Of a stretch of DNA of 47,784 nucleotides, positions 29,204-39,217 are shown in pieces. The DNA comes from a virus (Duplodnaviria > Heunggongvirae > Uroviricota > Caudoviricetes). Location: IMG/VR virus record IMGVR_UViG_2706794696_000014. One strand, given 5' to 3'. Position 1 is the stretch's first letter. Each line of letters begins with the position of its first letter. The position numbers and the translations under genes are program-made. Under the pieces are notes generated by a model. The model saw nothing but the letters and a program-made list of their open reading frames with translations, did no database searches and was not told the origin of the DNA.

Positions 29204-29968
29204 ATGAAACTGAAAACGGTCGAGATTAACGGAAAACAATACGCAGAAATTGATACTGCTGGCCTGCCAGTTTATGTGCACGACGATGGTAAAGAAATTG
29301 GCTTCGATGCACCGCTGGCGACAAAAAAAATTACAGAGCTTAATGGCGAGGCAAAAAATCATCGCCTGGCTAAAGAAGCTGCAGAGGAAAAACTGGCTAA
29401 GTTTGCCGCTATCGAAGACCCGAAGAAGGCGATCGAGGCACTGGAAATGCTGTCAAAAATCGACCAGAAAAAGCTGCTCGATGCGGGACAGGTTGACCAG
29501 GTTAAGGCAGAAATTACGAAAAATTTTCAGCAGCAATTAGATGAAGAAAAGCAACGCTCTCAGATGCTGGAGAAGCAGCTTTACGATTCTATGATTGGCG
29601 GTAGTTTTGCGGGTTCAAAATATATTGCCGATAAAATTGCGATCCCGGCAGATTTATTACAAGCCCGCTTCGGGCAGGCATTCAAAGTGGAAGAAGGGAG
29701 GATCGTTGCTTATGACGCTTCCGGCAACAAAATTTATTCCCGCGCGAAGCCTGGCGAACTGGCGCAGTTTGATGAGGCGCTGGAGTTCCTTGTCGAAAAT
29801 TACCCTCAGAAAGACTACATCCTGAAAGCCAGTGGCAACAATGGCGGCGGCTCCCGTCCGACACAGCATGATATTGGTCAGAAAACGATGAAACGCTCTG
29901 CTTTTGATGCACTGGATGTTGCAGGTAAGCAAAACGCATTGAAAGACGGTATCACAATCGTTGATTAA
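29204..29968 (+). CDS. Head scaffolding protein, about 254 aa
   Basis: Helical, charged, coiled-coil-like protein directly upstream of the major capsid gene. Confidence 0.65.
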   Translation: MKLKTVEINGKQYAEIDTAGLPVYVHDDGKEIGFDAPLATKKITELNGEAKNHRLAKEAAEEKLAKFAAIEDPKKAIEALEMLSKIDQKKLLDAGQVDQVKAEITKNFQQQLDEEKQRSQMLEKQLYDSMIGGSFAGSKYIADKIAIPADLLQARFGQAFKVEEGRIVAYDASGNKIYSRAKPGELAQFDEALEFLVENYPQKDYILKASGNNGGGSRPTQHDIGQKTMKRSAFDALDVAGKQNALKDGITIVD

Positions 29969-30066
29969 CACATTTGTCAGCTTCCGGATGGGAGCTGGTG
30001 TCAGGGCTGGATAGCTCATTACTCCATCTATTCACAATTACGCAAATTTTTAAGGAATATTTAATT

Positions 30067-31206
30067 ATGGCTGGAAATACCCTGACCGGGTTGATCCCGA
30101 CTATTTATACCGCCCTGGATGTTGTATCCCGTGAGCAGGTAGGTTTTATCCCTGCGGTAGCAAAAAACGCAAAAGCTGACGCCGCAGCAAAAGATCAGAC
30201 GGTAACCGCGCCAGTTGCGCCTGAGGCGAAAACCGAAGATATCGTACCGGGGCCGTCAGCTCCGAATACCGGTGATCAAAATATTGGCACTGTTGATGTA
30301 AAAATTACTAAATCCAAAATGGCACCGGTTAAATGGAATGGTGAAGAACAACTGGCTCTTGGCCCTTCAGGGACTTACAACACCATTCTGGCTGATCAGT
30401 TCAAGCAGGCTTTTCGCGCCCTTGCAAACGAGGTTGAGGCTGATCTTGGTGCGTTGTATTTCGGTGCTTCCCGCGCCGTGGGAACCGCAGGGACAACGCC
30501 GTTTGGTGTTAAAGATGATCTTTCTGATGCTGCTCTGGCTCGTCAGGTTCTGGAGGATAACGGCGCACCGACAACCGATCTGCAGATGGTGCTTGGCTCC
30601 ACTGCCATTGCTAATTTGCGCGGAAAACAGTCTGTATTGTTTAAAGTGAATGAATCCGGCACTGAACAGCTACTGCGTGAGGGCGTGTTGGGGCGTCTGG
30701 AGGGATTCAATATTCACAGTTCGGCAGGTGTGAAACGAGCGCCAAAGGTTGCTGCAACTGGTTATCTCGTGAATGGAGAGAAAAAAGAAGGCGATGTTCT
30801 TATTTCCATTGATACTGGTTCGGGGAGTATTTCTGCAGGTCAGATTGTTACGTTCGCTGGTGATCCGAATCAGTATGTTGTGGCAGCAGCGACCAGCAAT
30901 CTGATTACTCTTGCAGCGCCCGGACTGCGTCAGGATCTGGCCGATGATACTGCCATCACAGTTGTTGGGGCCTTTACTGCAAATATGGCGTTTGATCGCA
31001 ACGCGTTTCTGCTGGCATCCCGTACTCCGGCAATGCCGGAAGGTGGCGATAATGCTGATGATGTAATGAATGTTACGGACCCGATTTCAGGGATTACGTT
31101 CCAGATTGCACTGTATCGTCAGTATCGCCAGGTGCGCTATGAAGTTGGACTGGCATGGGGTGTTTCATCAGTGAAGCCGGCACATGGTTGTCTGATTCTT
31201 GGTTAA
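30067..31206 (+). CDS. Major capsid protein, 379 aa
   Basis: ATG after an AAGGA Shine-Dalgarno; follows the scaffold gene; followed by a strong terminator, as is typical for a capsid gene. Confidence 0.8.
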   Translation: MAGNTLTGLIPTIYTALDVVSREQVGFIPAVAKNAKADAAAKDQTVTAPVAPEAKTEDIVPGPSAPNTGDQNIGTVDVKITKSKMAPVKWNGEEQLALGPSGTYNTILADQFKQAFRALANEVEADLGALYFGASRAVGTAGTTPFGVKDDLSDAALARQVLEDNGAPTTDLQMVLGSTAIANLRGKQSVLFKVNESGTEQLLREGVLGRLEGFNIHSSAGVKRAPKVAATGYLVNGEKKEGDVLISIDTGSGSISAGQIVTFAGDPNQYVVAAATSNLITLAAPGLRQDLADDTAITVVGAFTANMAFDRNAFLLASRTPAMPEGGDNADDVMNVTDPISGITFQIALYRQYRQVRYEVGLAWGVSSVKPAHGCLILG

Positions 31207-31214
31207 ACATTCAA

Positions 31215-31238
31215 ACGGGGCTTCGGCCCCATTTTTAA
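31215..31238 (+). terminator. Rho-independent terminator after the major capsid gene (UUCG tetraloop)
   Basis: GGGGC-ttcg-GCCCC followed by ATTTTT. Confidence 0.65.
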
Positions 31239-31248
31239 TGGGGGGCAT

Positions 31249-31425
31249 ATGGCCGGATTAACTAAAGAGCAAAGAGCACAGCGTGAAGCCGCACAAAAAA
31301 CGCAAATTGAGTTAGTGGTTATGGTGACCGATTATCAGATGTTTCCCGGCGCACCAACTATCGCTAATGTTCATCCTGATGAAGTTGACAACTGGAAGGC
31401 TATGGGCTGGAAAACTCAGGAGTAA
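31249..31425 (+). CDS. Small hypothetical head-region protein, 58 aa
   Basis: Manually translated ORF MAGLTKEQRAQREAAQKTQIELVVMVTDYQMFPGAPTIANVHPDEVDNWKAMGWKTQE between capsid and connector genes; below the ORF-track cut-off. Confidence 0.45.
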   Translation: MAGLTKEQRAQREAAQKTQIELVVMVTDYQMFPGAPTIANVHPDEVDNWKAMGWKTQE

Positions 31426-31428
31426 CAC

Positions 31429-31824
31429 ATGATCACTTACGTGACCTGTGATGACGTTGATAATGCGTTTGGGAACGCCTGGACGAGTGAGAACGCTAAA
31501 AATAAAGCTGTTTTAATGGCTAATGCCTGGCTTAATGGCTTCAACCTGAAAATTAACCCATCCCGTATTCCGGAAGAGGTAAAACTTGCGGGAGCATATG
31601 CAGCCAGAATTGCCTCATTCGGTAAGTTGTTTCAGCAGAAAAATGATTCTGGCGTTGTTATCAGTAAAGCCGTGTCGGCTGACGGGGTCAGTGTATCGAA
31701 ATCATTTTCTGAGTTGCCAGCAAACAGCACTGCATTGCTTGAACCCGATTTACAGCTTGCGATAGCACTGCTGAAACCGTACGGACTTAGTCGCTCACAA
31801 GTCAGGGTTGTGAGGGGGGGATAA
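31429..31824 (+). CDS. Head-tail connector / head completion protein (putative), 131 aa
   Basis: Member of a string of four about 130-aa overlapping ORFs between capsid and major tail genes; AGGAG Shine-Dalgarno. Confidence 0.6.
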   Translation: MITYVTCDDVDNAFGNAWTSENAKNKAVLMANAWLNGFNLKINPSRIPEEVKLAGAYAARIASFGKLFQQKNDSGVVISKAVSADGVSVSKSFSELPANSTALLEPDLQLAIALLKPYGLSRSQVRVVRGG

Positions 31825-32207
31825 TGGGGCTTCGTGAAGAGATTCAGTCAGAGGTTGCCGCTGCTTTTGATGAGGATTTAGCGGACGCCGTGAGTGATTT
31901 TTCTGGTTCTTACGTTACGCACCGGCACTGGGATCCTGTGACGGAAACTGGCGGCGAATCAACCGCAATCTATACCGGGCGAGGCGTGTTGACACGTTAT
32001 AAGCTGGGCAGAATTGATGGGATTAATATTTTGCATGGTGACCTTAAATTAACCGCTCTGGTATGCGAGGTTACGGATAAACCAGCTGTCGACCATATTA
32101 TTGAGATTTATGATCCTGTATCAAGGCAGTTACAACGATACGAGGTAATTACAGCAAGTGTAGATCCTTCCGCATCAGTTTACTCTATCCAGTTAAGGAG
32201 AGCGTAA
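31824..32207 (+). CDS. Head-tail adaptor / head closure protein (putative), 127 aa
   Basis: Start overlaps the upstream stop (TAATG); position in the head-tail joining module. Confidence 0.6.
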   Translation: MGLREEIQSEVAAAFDEDLADAVSDFSGSYVTHRHWDPVTETGGESTAIYTGRGVLTRYKLGRIDGINILHGDLKLTALVCEVTDKPAVDHIIEIYDPVSRQLQRYEVITASVDPSASVYSIQLRRA

Positions 32208-32588
32208 ATGGCAAAGGCATGGGATATAGAACCGTCAATATTTGCCGGGATGATTGAGGAAGATGTAGGGCTGAAGATTCGCTACATCGCTATGCAGATT
32301 CTTACTGCTATTGATATTGCTGCTCCGGTTGATACCGGACGTTTCAGAAATAACAACCTGGTGTCGTTACAGCATCCCGATTTTGGTATATCTGATAACG
32401 TGGATCCGAACGGTACGATTGCTGTTCAGCGTGGGATCGGGGTTATTTCGAAAGCTGCAAATTACGGGGTTATTTATATCCAGAATAACCTTCCTTATGC
32501 AGAGGCTCTTGAAAACGGTCATTCACAACAAGCGCCAACTGGCGTGTATGCCAACGCTTTTCATGGTGTTTTACAGGCTTACAAATGA
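32208..32588 (+). CDS. Tail completion protein (HK97 gp10-like, putative), 126 aa
   Basis: Position in the head-tail joining module, immediately after the previous gene. Confidence 0.6.
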   Translation: MAKAWDIEPSIFAGMIEEDVGLKIRYIAMQILTAIDIAAPVDTGRFRNNNLVSLQHPDFGISDNVDPNGTIAVQRGIGVISKAANYGVIYIQNNLPYAEALENGHSQQAPTGVYANAFHGVLQAYK

Positions 32589-32977
32589 AGTTTACTGAAA
32601 TCAGAAATACGGTTATTTCCAGAATGACGGCACAGACGATTATTGATGGAAAAGACGTATTGTATCCGAACGGGCCAACGTTCGATCCTTCCGGTAAGTT
32701 AATCTGGGCGCGGTTAAGTAATATTCCCGGGCAGGCTGGAGTTAATGAAATTGGCGCGGGGCCGGTTGTTTATCGCACGGGGATAATCATTATTCAGTTA
32801 TTTGTCCCCGCAGGTTCTGGTTCAAAACTCATTACTGAGACAGCCGATAAATTGCGGGAACTGTTTGAGTTTCAGGATGACGATCGTCTCAGTTACCAGG
32901 CTGTTTCCTCAATAGCCGTTGGCGAAAAGAATGGCTGGTTCCAGCTTAATCTTCAAATTCCATATCGCGCGCTCTAG
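32585..32977 (+). CDS. Tail terminator protein (putative), 130 aa
   Basis: Start overlaps the previous stop (ATGA); immediately upstream of the major tail protein gene. Confidence 0.6.
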   Translation: MKFTEIRNTVISRMTAQTIIDGKDVLYPNGPTFDPSGKLIWARLSNIPGQAGVNEIGAGPVVYRTGIIIIQLFVPAGSGSKLITETADKLRELFEFQDDDRLSYQAVSSIAVGEKNGWFQLNLQIPYRAL

Positions 32978-33003
32978 CGCAATTAATGACATAGGAGGCT
33001 CCT

Positions 33004-33966
33004 GTGAGTTCAGGTGCAAAGGTTATCTCGGCATTTATCCGGGAGACGGTTGCAGGCACTACGCCAGCAAGTGGTGACTGGAGTTTATTAAAACGCACAA
33101 GCTGGGGAGTAAAACCCACCCAGAATAAAGGCGAAAATAATGAGATTGGTGGCTCCCGGATGGCTCAGGGGGCGACGCCTGGCACTGTGGATGTCGGCGG
33201 TGATGTTGGTACCAAATTTCGCTGGGGTCAACATGATGATTTTCTTGCATCCTGTTTCGGCGCGGAATGGTCAGGCGATTCTCTGACAATGGGGAATGAG
33301 CGAATAACATTTTCTCTGGCGACCTATGCGTCCGATGTCGGAATTGCCTCTGTCGTCAGAGGAGCGCAGGTTGGCTCATGGAAAATGCAGATCCCTAACG
33401 ACGGCGATATTACAGCGACCGTAACCTTTGCCGGACTGGACTGGGAATCAAAGGCCGATGATACGAATTTTATCAAAGGCGAACCTGTGGATAGTGCAGG
33501 AAAGCTACGTTATTCGTTTAAGGAGGTTTCAGCAGTAAGCCTGAATGGTGTTGCCGGAGGTAACGGTTTTTGTATCGACAGTTTTGATATTCAGTTCGAT
33601 AACAAACTCCAGACACAGCGTTGTATCGGGACTGGCTCGCCTTATGCAGGAGCAAATATTCCGACTACTTTTACACCGTCCGGTACGGTGACGCTTTCAT
33701 GGTCTAAAGCCGCGTGGGAAATCTGGAGTAAAACACTGACTGGAGAAACAGTTCCGTTCAGCTTCACGCTTTCGAATGGAGAGGGGGCATACACTTTCAG
33801 TTTCCCGAAGGTTCAGGTGTCAGGTGAATGGCCTGATGGGGGTAATAGCGACATTATCCAGGTTCAATTGAGCATTACCGCAGCAGATGAAGCACCTACG
33901 ATAACCAGAAAAAAAAATTCCCCGGCTGCCGTGATCGCAAAAGCCAGTGCTGAGGCGATTAGTTGA
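33004..33966 (+). CDS. Major tail (tube) protein, 320 aa
   Basis: GTG start after AGGAGG; located just before the G/GT chaperone pair and the tape measure. Confidence 0.75.
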   Translation: MSSGAKVISAFIRETVAGTTPASGDWSLLKRTSWGVKPTQNKGENNEIGGSRMAQGATPGTVDVGGDVGTKFRWGQHDDFLASCFGAEWSGDSLTMGNERITFSLATYASDVGIASVVRGAQVGSWKMQIPNDGDITATVTFAGLDWESKADDTNFIKGEPVDSAGKLRYSFKEVSAVSLNGVAGGNGFCIDSFDIQFDNKLQTQRCIGTGSPYAGANIPTTFTPSGTVTLSWSKAAWEIWSKTLTGETVPFSFTLSNGEGAYTFSFPKVQVSGEWPDGGNSDIIQVQLSITAADEAPTITRKKNSPAAVIAKASAEAIS

Positions 33967-34014
33967 TTTTCCGTTATTCCTCCTGTGGTACTGCCCTACA
34001 GGGGGACGCATTGA

Positions 34015-34476
34015 ATGAGGTTATGGATGTTTATTCTTAATCAGAAAATTATCATTGGTGGAGAACGCTGGTTTACGCCAATGAAGGACTTAAAACCTGT
34101 AGACGGGTTAAAACTGTTGGTGGCAAGCAGCGATAACGATCAGTATCGCTCCCGTAATGCATTAATCCGTCGCCACATTGAGAAAATGGATGCCAGTTTG
34201 CACGTCGGAACGAAGGAGTTTGATATTTCAAAGGTTTCCGAGGTGGATTCTGTTGATGATTTACTCATTGATAATGCCGCTCGTTATCTGCTGAAAGACT
34301 GGAAAGGGGTTGGTGAACTGGTTAATGGTGTTGAGGTTGCACTGGAATATACGGCAGAACGAGGGATCGCGCTGCTTAAGCAGAATCCAGAGTTGTACTG
34401 GCAGATCCTTGCAGAAGCAGCCAGCATCGCCCAGGGTAAAGAGCAGCAGAAGCAGGATACGATAAAAAAGCCATAG
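34015..34476 (+). CDS. Tail assembly chaperone (lambda G-like), 153 aa
   Basis: ORF before the tape measure gene; its 3' end contains a -1 slippery heptamer leading into an overlapping downstream frame. Confidence 0.75.
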   Translation: MRLWMFILNQKIIIGGERWFTPMKDLKPVDGLKLLVASSDNDQYRSRNALIRRHIEKMDASLHVGTKEFDISKVSEVDSVDDLLIDNAARYLLKDWKGVGELVNGVEVALEYTAERGIALLKQNPELYWQILAEAASIAQGKEQQKQDTIKKP

Positions 34477-34784
34477 CTGCCCAGCGGTGGTTATCGGAGT
34501 TCGGGGGAGAAAGGGGGGAAAAGGCAAGATGGAAGCGAGAAAAACTCAGGTTGCCACCGATACCGGAACCAGAAATAGACCCGGTGCTTAAGGAGTTGTT
34601 GTACGCCTATTCGGTAATATCCCGTGCCCGACGTTATGCTGGAATGGCTGGGGTGCCTTTGCCTTTATCTCTGACAGAGATAAATGAATATTTAGCCACT
34701 CATCCGGTATTGATTGAGCGCGATGAATTTGAAGCAGTGATCTTTGCACTGGATGACCAGTATTTTCAGGAGCAGTGTGTGTAG
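34015..34784 (+). CDS. Tail assembly chaperone G-T fusion product made by programmed -1 frameshift (T segment about 34470..34784)
   Basis: The -1 frame is open from 34440 to 34784; slippery site A_AAA_AAG at 34464-34470 lies inside the 37-nt overlap before the G stop (TAG 34474-34476). Confidence 0.65.
34464..34470 (+). other. Programmed -1 ribosomal frameshift slippery heptamer A_AAA_AAG
   Basis: Zero-frame codons ACG ATA AAA AAG CCA TAG; the heptamer is positioned exactly in the G / -1 frame overlap. Confidence 0.65.
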
Positions 34785-34902
34785 TTGTTAATTACGTACA
34801 CTCTGTTACAGAGATGTGATGGTGTCTTTAATTAAATCGATGATGCTCCTGGAGAAAAGCATTGCGTGGCCTCGTAATCGCTATATCTACTATTATGTCG
34901 CC

Positions 34903-34930
34903 TGAAACCCACTTCGCGGTGGGTTTTTTG
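34903..34930 (+). terminator. Terminator-like hairpin just upstream of the tape measure gene (possible attenuator)
   Basis: AAACCCAC-ttcgcg-GTGGGTTT followed by TTTT; lies 20 nt before the tape measure Shine-Dalgarno. Confidence 0.45.
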
Positions 34931-34949
34931 TTGTCAGGAGTTTTAATAA

Positions 34950-37900
34950 ATGGCAGAGCAAACCTCGCGTCTCGCAATAATTATTGATAGCACTGGAGCG
35001 AAAAATAATGCTGACAATCTGACCTCCTCATTAGTCAAAATGACGCAGGCTGGGGAAACTGCTGCAAATAGCGCAGGGAAAGTGACTAAGGCAACAGAAG
35101 ATGAGAAGAACGCGCTCGCAAAATTAAAAGCAGCTATTGATCCAGTTGGTGCCGCAATTGATACTGTCGGTCGACGCTATTCTGAATTAAAGAAATTTTT
35201 CGATAAAGGGCTTATTGATAAAGAAGAATATGAATTTCTTGTCCGTAAACTTAATGAAACCACAGAGGAATTGAGCGGGGTTGCGCAAGCGCAGAGAGAA
35301 GCCGAGAAGGCCGGAAAACTTGCTGCCGCCCAGCAGGAAGCGCAGGCTCAGGCCTTTCAAAGAATGCTGGACAAGATCGACCCTCTGGCTGCGGCGCTAA
35401 GAAATCTTGAACAACAGCATGATGAACTTAATGCTGCGTTTGCATCCGGGAAAATAAATGGTTCTCAGTTTGAGAATTATAGCCGAAAAATACAGGAAAC
35501 ACGGCGAGAGCTTACCGGAGAGGCTCAGGCAGAGCGAGAAGCAGCAAAAGCGCATGATGAACAGGTTGTTGCTTTGCAACGTCTGATTGCTCAACTTGAT
35601 CCTGTCGGAACTGCTTTTAATCGTCTGGTAGAACAACAGAAACAGCTCAATGAAGCAAAAGCTAAGGGGATGCTTTCTCCTGAAATGTATGAGGAGCTTT
35701 CTGGAAAACTTCGTGCTATGCGGAGTGAGCTTGAGGTTACTCAATCACAATTAAGCAAAACCGGAATGTCGGCAAAACAAACGGCTTTTGCTATGCGCAT
35801 GTTGCCTGTACAAATGACGGATATTGTTGTTGGGTTGTCCACTGGTCAGTCGCCATTTATGGTGTTAATGCAGCAGGGCGGCCAGCTAAAAGATATGTTC
35901 GGTGGGATTGGCCCGGCGATCAAAGGTGTAGGTTCTTATGTGCTGGGATTAATTAATCCTTTTACCCTGGCCGCAGCAGCCGTTGGGGTCTTAGGACTGG
36001 CTTACTATAAAGGCTCTCAGGAGCAGGACGAATTTAATAAATCTCTTATTCTTACCGGAAATCAGTTGGGGACAACCAGCGGGCAATTGGGCGATATAGC
36101 TCAACGTGCCGGGAATGCGGCTGATTCGACAACTGGTGCTGCGGCGGCAGTATTAAATCAGCTTGTGCGTTCGGGAAAGGTAGCGAGCAGTTCGCTGGAG
36201 CAAGTGACGACAGCGATAGTAAAAACGAGCGAAGTAACAGGAATATCAACCGAACAACTGGTTAATGACTTCAATGAAATTGCAAAGGATCCTGTCAGTG
36301 CCATATCAAAACTTAATGATCAGTACCATTTTCTGACACTTGCGACTTATAACCAGATTAAGGCGCTACAGGATGAAGGGAACCAGCAGGAGGCCGCCCG
36401 CATTGCGACAGAAGAATACTCATCCTCAATGATCCAGCGCACCAACCAGATTAAAGAAAATCTTGGTTATCTTGAGACTGCATGGAAAGCTGTCGCAGAC
36501 TCCGCAAAATGGGCATGGGATTCCATGCTGGATATTGGCCGTGAGGCCTCCCTTGATCAAAAAATCTCAGATGTTCTCCGTCAAATTGATGAAATAGAAA
36601 AAAATACCCGACCCGGAGTTTTCGGGTTAGGTGGCATTGGAGATGGCGGAGCTCAAAATAAAAGGCTGGCACGATTAAAGCAGCAATTGGGCGTACTTCA
36701 AGCAGAAAAAATTGCTCAGGACGTACTAAATTCATCAATAAACGATTACAACAAGCGACAACAGGAAGGAATTGAACTCAGACAGAGAGCAGATGCCTTT
36801 TCAAAACAATATCAGACCCGGGAGCAGCAGAGAGCTAGTGAACTTGCAAAACTGGAAAAGCTAAAGAATCAGTATTCAAAGGAAGAATATAATAATCTTA
36901 TCGCTCAAATAAATGAGCGTTATAAAGATCCAAAGCAACCAAAGGCGAAAGGTTATTCTGATGATGCAGCCCAACGAATGATTGATCATCTGAATCAACA
37001 GAATGCGTTACTAAGTTCACAAGCTGAGTTGACCGTTAAATTAAGTTCCTCTGAACAGGAACTGGTTAAGTGGCGTCAGCGGATTGCCGACCTAGAGTCA
37101 CGACCATCATCGAAATTAACCCAGGATCAGAAATCGCTTCTCTTACACCGGGAAGAAATAACCACGTTGATGGAGAAAAATGTTGCGATTGAAAAAAATA
37201 ACAGGCTAATCAAGGAATCCGCCGAAATAACAGCATGGCGTGATTCATTGCAGGCTTCGATTGATAATCGTCAGCAGGGGTATGATATTCAGATTGCTGG
37301 TTATGGGGTTGGCGATAAAAATCAGCAACGCCAGCAGGAATTACTGCGGATTGAACATGGATATAACAATCAGCGTCTGCAACTTGAACGTGACTATGCA
37401 GATAAATCCCGTGGAATGTCAGATCATGTTTTTCAAGAGAAAATGCAGGCTCTGAATGATGCTCTGGAACGGGAAAAAGAAATTGTCAGACAGAAAAACG
37501 AGCAGCTCGATATTCAGGCAGGAGACTGGGTTAGTGGTGCCTCCCAGGGATTCAATAACTGGCTGGATGACACTAAGGATATCAGTGAGCAGATAAAATC
37601 AACCACGACTCAGATGTTTGATGGGATGACCGATGCGCTGGGTGATTTTGTCACGACAGGCAAGGCAAATTTTCGTTCTTTCGCTACTTCCGTGATTTCG
37701 GATCTTAGTCGAATAGCATTAAAGGCTTCAATTACTGGGATTTTCGACAGCATTAGTAACAGTTCTTCTGGGGGGATTTTAGGAACTATCGGGAGTGCTA
37801 TTAGTAAATTTATTCCGAATGCAAAGGGCGGTGTTTATGAGTCTCCGTCATTGAGCACGTATTCGAACGGTATTTATGATTCCCCGCAATTTTTTGCTTT

Positions 37901-38183
37901 TGCAAAAGGGGCTGGTGTTTTTGGTGAGGCTGGACCGGAAGCCATTATGCCATTAACACGAACTTCCGATGGTTCTCTTGGTGTCAGAGCTATTAATAGT
38001 AAAAGTGGTAATGGAGGCGGAGATATTACCTATGCCCCTGTATACCAAATCACTATTCAAAATGACGGCCAGAATGGAGAGATTGGCCCTCAGGCAATAA
38101 AAGCACTTATGGGGATGGTTGATCAGCGGGTGCAGGGCAATCTGTTAAATATGCGACGTGATGGGGGAATGTTAAGTGGCTAA
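34950..38183 (+). CDS. Tail tape measure protein, 1077 aa
   Basis: Very long, alpha-helical, Q/A/E/K-rich ORF downstream of G/GT; AGGAG Shine-Dalgarno. Confidence 0.9.
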   Translation: MAEQTSRLAIIIDSTGAKNNADNLTSSLVKMTQAGETAANSAGKVTKATEDEKNALAKLKAAIDPVGAAIDTVGRRYSELKKFFDKGLIDKEEYEFLVRKLNETTEELSGVAQAQREAEKAGKLAAAQQEAQAQAFQRMLDKIDPLAAALRNLEQQHDELNAAFASGKINGSQFENYSRKIQETRRELTGEAQAEREAAKAHDEQVVALQRLIAQLDPVGTAFNRLVEQQKQLNEAKAKGMLSPEMYEELSGKLRAMRSELEVTQSQLSKTGMSAKQTAFAMRMLPVQMTDIVVGLSTGQSPFMVLMQQGGQLKDMFGGIGPAIKGVGSYVLGLINPFTLAAAAVGVLGLAYYKGSQEQDEFNKSLILTGNQLGTTSGQLGDIAQRAGNAADSTTGAAAAVLNQLVRSGKVASSSLEQVTTAIVKTSEVTGISTEQLVNDFNEIAKDPVSAISKLNDQYHFLTLATYNQIKALQDEGNQQEAARIATEEYSSSMIQRTNQIKENLGYLETAWKAVADSAKWAWDSMLDIGREASLDQKISDVLRQIDEIEKNTRPGVFGLGGIGDGGAQNKRLARLKQQLGVLQAEKIAQDVLNSSINDYNKRQQEGIELRQRADAFSKQYQTREQQRASELAKLEKLKNQYSKEEYNNLIAQINERYKDPKQPKAKGYSDDAAQRMIDHLNQQNALLSSQAELTVKLSSSEQELVKWRQRIADLESRPSSKLTQDQKSLLLHREEITTLMEKNVAIEKNNRLIKESAEITAWRDSLQASIDNRQQGYDIQIAGYGVGDKNQQRQQELLRIEHGYNNQRLQLERDYADKSRGMSDHVFQEKMQALNDALEREKEIVRQKNEQLDIQAGDWVSGASQGFNNWLDDTKDISEQIKSTTTQMFDGMTDALGDFVTTGKANFRSFATSVISDLSRIALKASITGIFDSISNSSSGGILGTIGSAISKFIPNAKGGVYESPSLSTYSNGIYDSPQFFAFAKGAGVFGEAGPEAIMPLTRTSDGSLGVRAINSKSGNGGGDITYAPVYQITIQNDGQNGEIGPQAIKALMGMVDQRVQGNLLNMRRDGGMLSG

Positions 38184-38217
38184 TACGGAAGAATTTCACT
38201 GGTTACCAGAGGATGGA

Positions 38218-38514
38218 ATGAAAACAGAAAATAAACCATCGATAAAAACTGTAAGATTTGGTGATGGTTATGAGCAACGAAGTCCAAATGGACTTAATCA
38301 TTCTCTGCGCGTTTTCACCTGTGATTTCAAAGTTGAGGCGAATGAACGTGATTCATTTGAAAAATTTTTAGCCCGGCATGAAGGCTATAAATCTTTTTTT
38401 TGGCGCCCGCCGGGTATTAACAGAAAAATCAGAGTGGTGTGTCGAACGTGGTCAGCGACAGAACATATCACCTATACCGATTTTTCGTGTCAGTTTGACG
38501 AAGTGGTGATCTGA
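38218..38514 (+). CDS. Minor tail protein M-like, 98 aa from ATG (GTG alternative at 38176)
   Basis: VRFGDGYEQRSPNGLN ... FFWRPP ... FDEVVI follows the lambda M pattern as I remember it; GAGGA Shine-Dalgarno before the ATG. Confidence 0.8.
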   Translation: MKTENKPSIKTVRFGDGYEQRSPNGLNHSLRVFTCDFKVEANERDSFEKFLARHEGYKSFFWRPPGINRKIRVVCRTWSATEHITYTDFSCQFDEVVI

Positions 38515-39212
38515 TGCAGGACATACAACAGGAAACGCTGAATGAATGCATTCGTGCGGAGCAGTCGGCCAGCGTGGTGCTCTGGGAAATCGACCTGACC
38601 GAGGTAGGCGGGGATCGCTACTTTTTCTGCAATGAGCAGAACGAGAAAGGAGAGTCTGTCACCTGGCAGAGTCGGCAGTATCAGGCCTATCCCATTCAGG
38701 GGAGTGGATTTGAGATGAACGGCAAAGGTGCCAGTGCAAGGCCAACGCTGAAAGTCTCTAATCTGCACGGCATGGTCACCGGGATGGCGGAAGACCTGCA
38801 GAGTCTGGTCGGCGGAACGGTGGTCAGGCGTAAGGTTTACGCCCGTTTTCTGGATGCGGTGAACTTCGTCAACGGAAACAGTGACGCCGATCCGGAGCAG
38901 GAGGTGATCAGCCGCTGGCGTATTGAGCAGTGCAGCGAACTGAGCGCGGTCAGTGCCTCCTTTGTACTGTCCACGCCGACGGAAACGGACGGCGCTGTTT
39001 TTCCGGGGCGCATCATGCTTGCTAATACCTGCACCTGGACCTATCGCGGTGATGAGTGCGGTTATCACGGTCCGGCTGTCGCGGATGAATATGACCAGCC
39101 AACGTCCGATATCACGAAGGATAAATGCAGCAAATGCCTGAGCGGTTGTAAGTTCCGCAATAACGTCGGCAACTTTGGCGGCTTCCTTTCCATTAACAAA
39201 CTTTCGCAGTAA
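38514..39212 (+). CDS. Minor tail protein L-like, 232 aa
   Basis: 232-aa ORF with a C-terminal Cys cluster (CTWTYRGDECGY ... CSKCLSGC); start overlaps the M stop. Confidence 0.85.
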   Translation: MQDIQQETLNECIRAEQSASVVLWEIDLTEVGGDRYFFCNEQNEKGESVTWQSRQYQAYPIQGSGFEMNGKGASARPTLKVSNLHGMVTGMAEDLQSLVGGTVVRRKVYARFLDAVNFVNGNSDADPEQEVISRWRIEQCSELSAVSASFVLSTPTETDGAVFPGRIMLANTCTWTYRGDECGYHGPAVADEYDQPTSDITKDKCSKCLSGCKFRNNVGNFGGFLSINKLSQ

Positions 39213-39217
39213 ATCCC

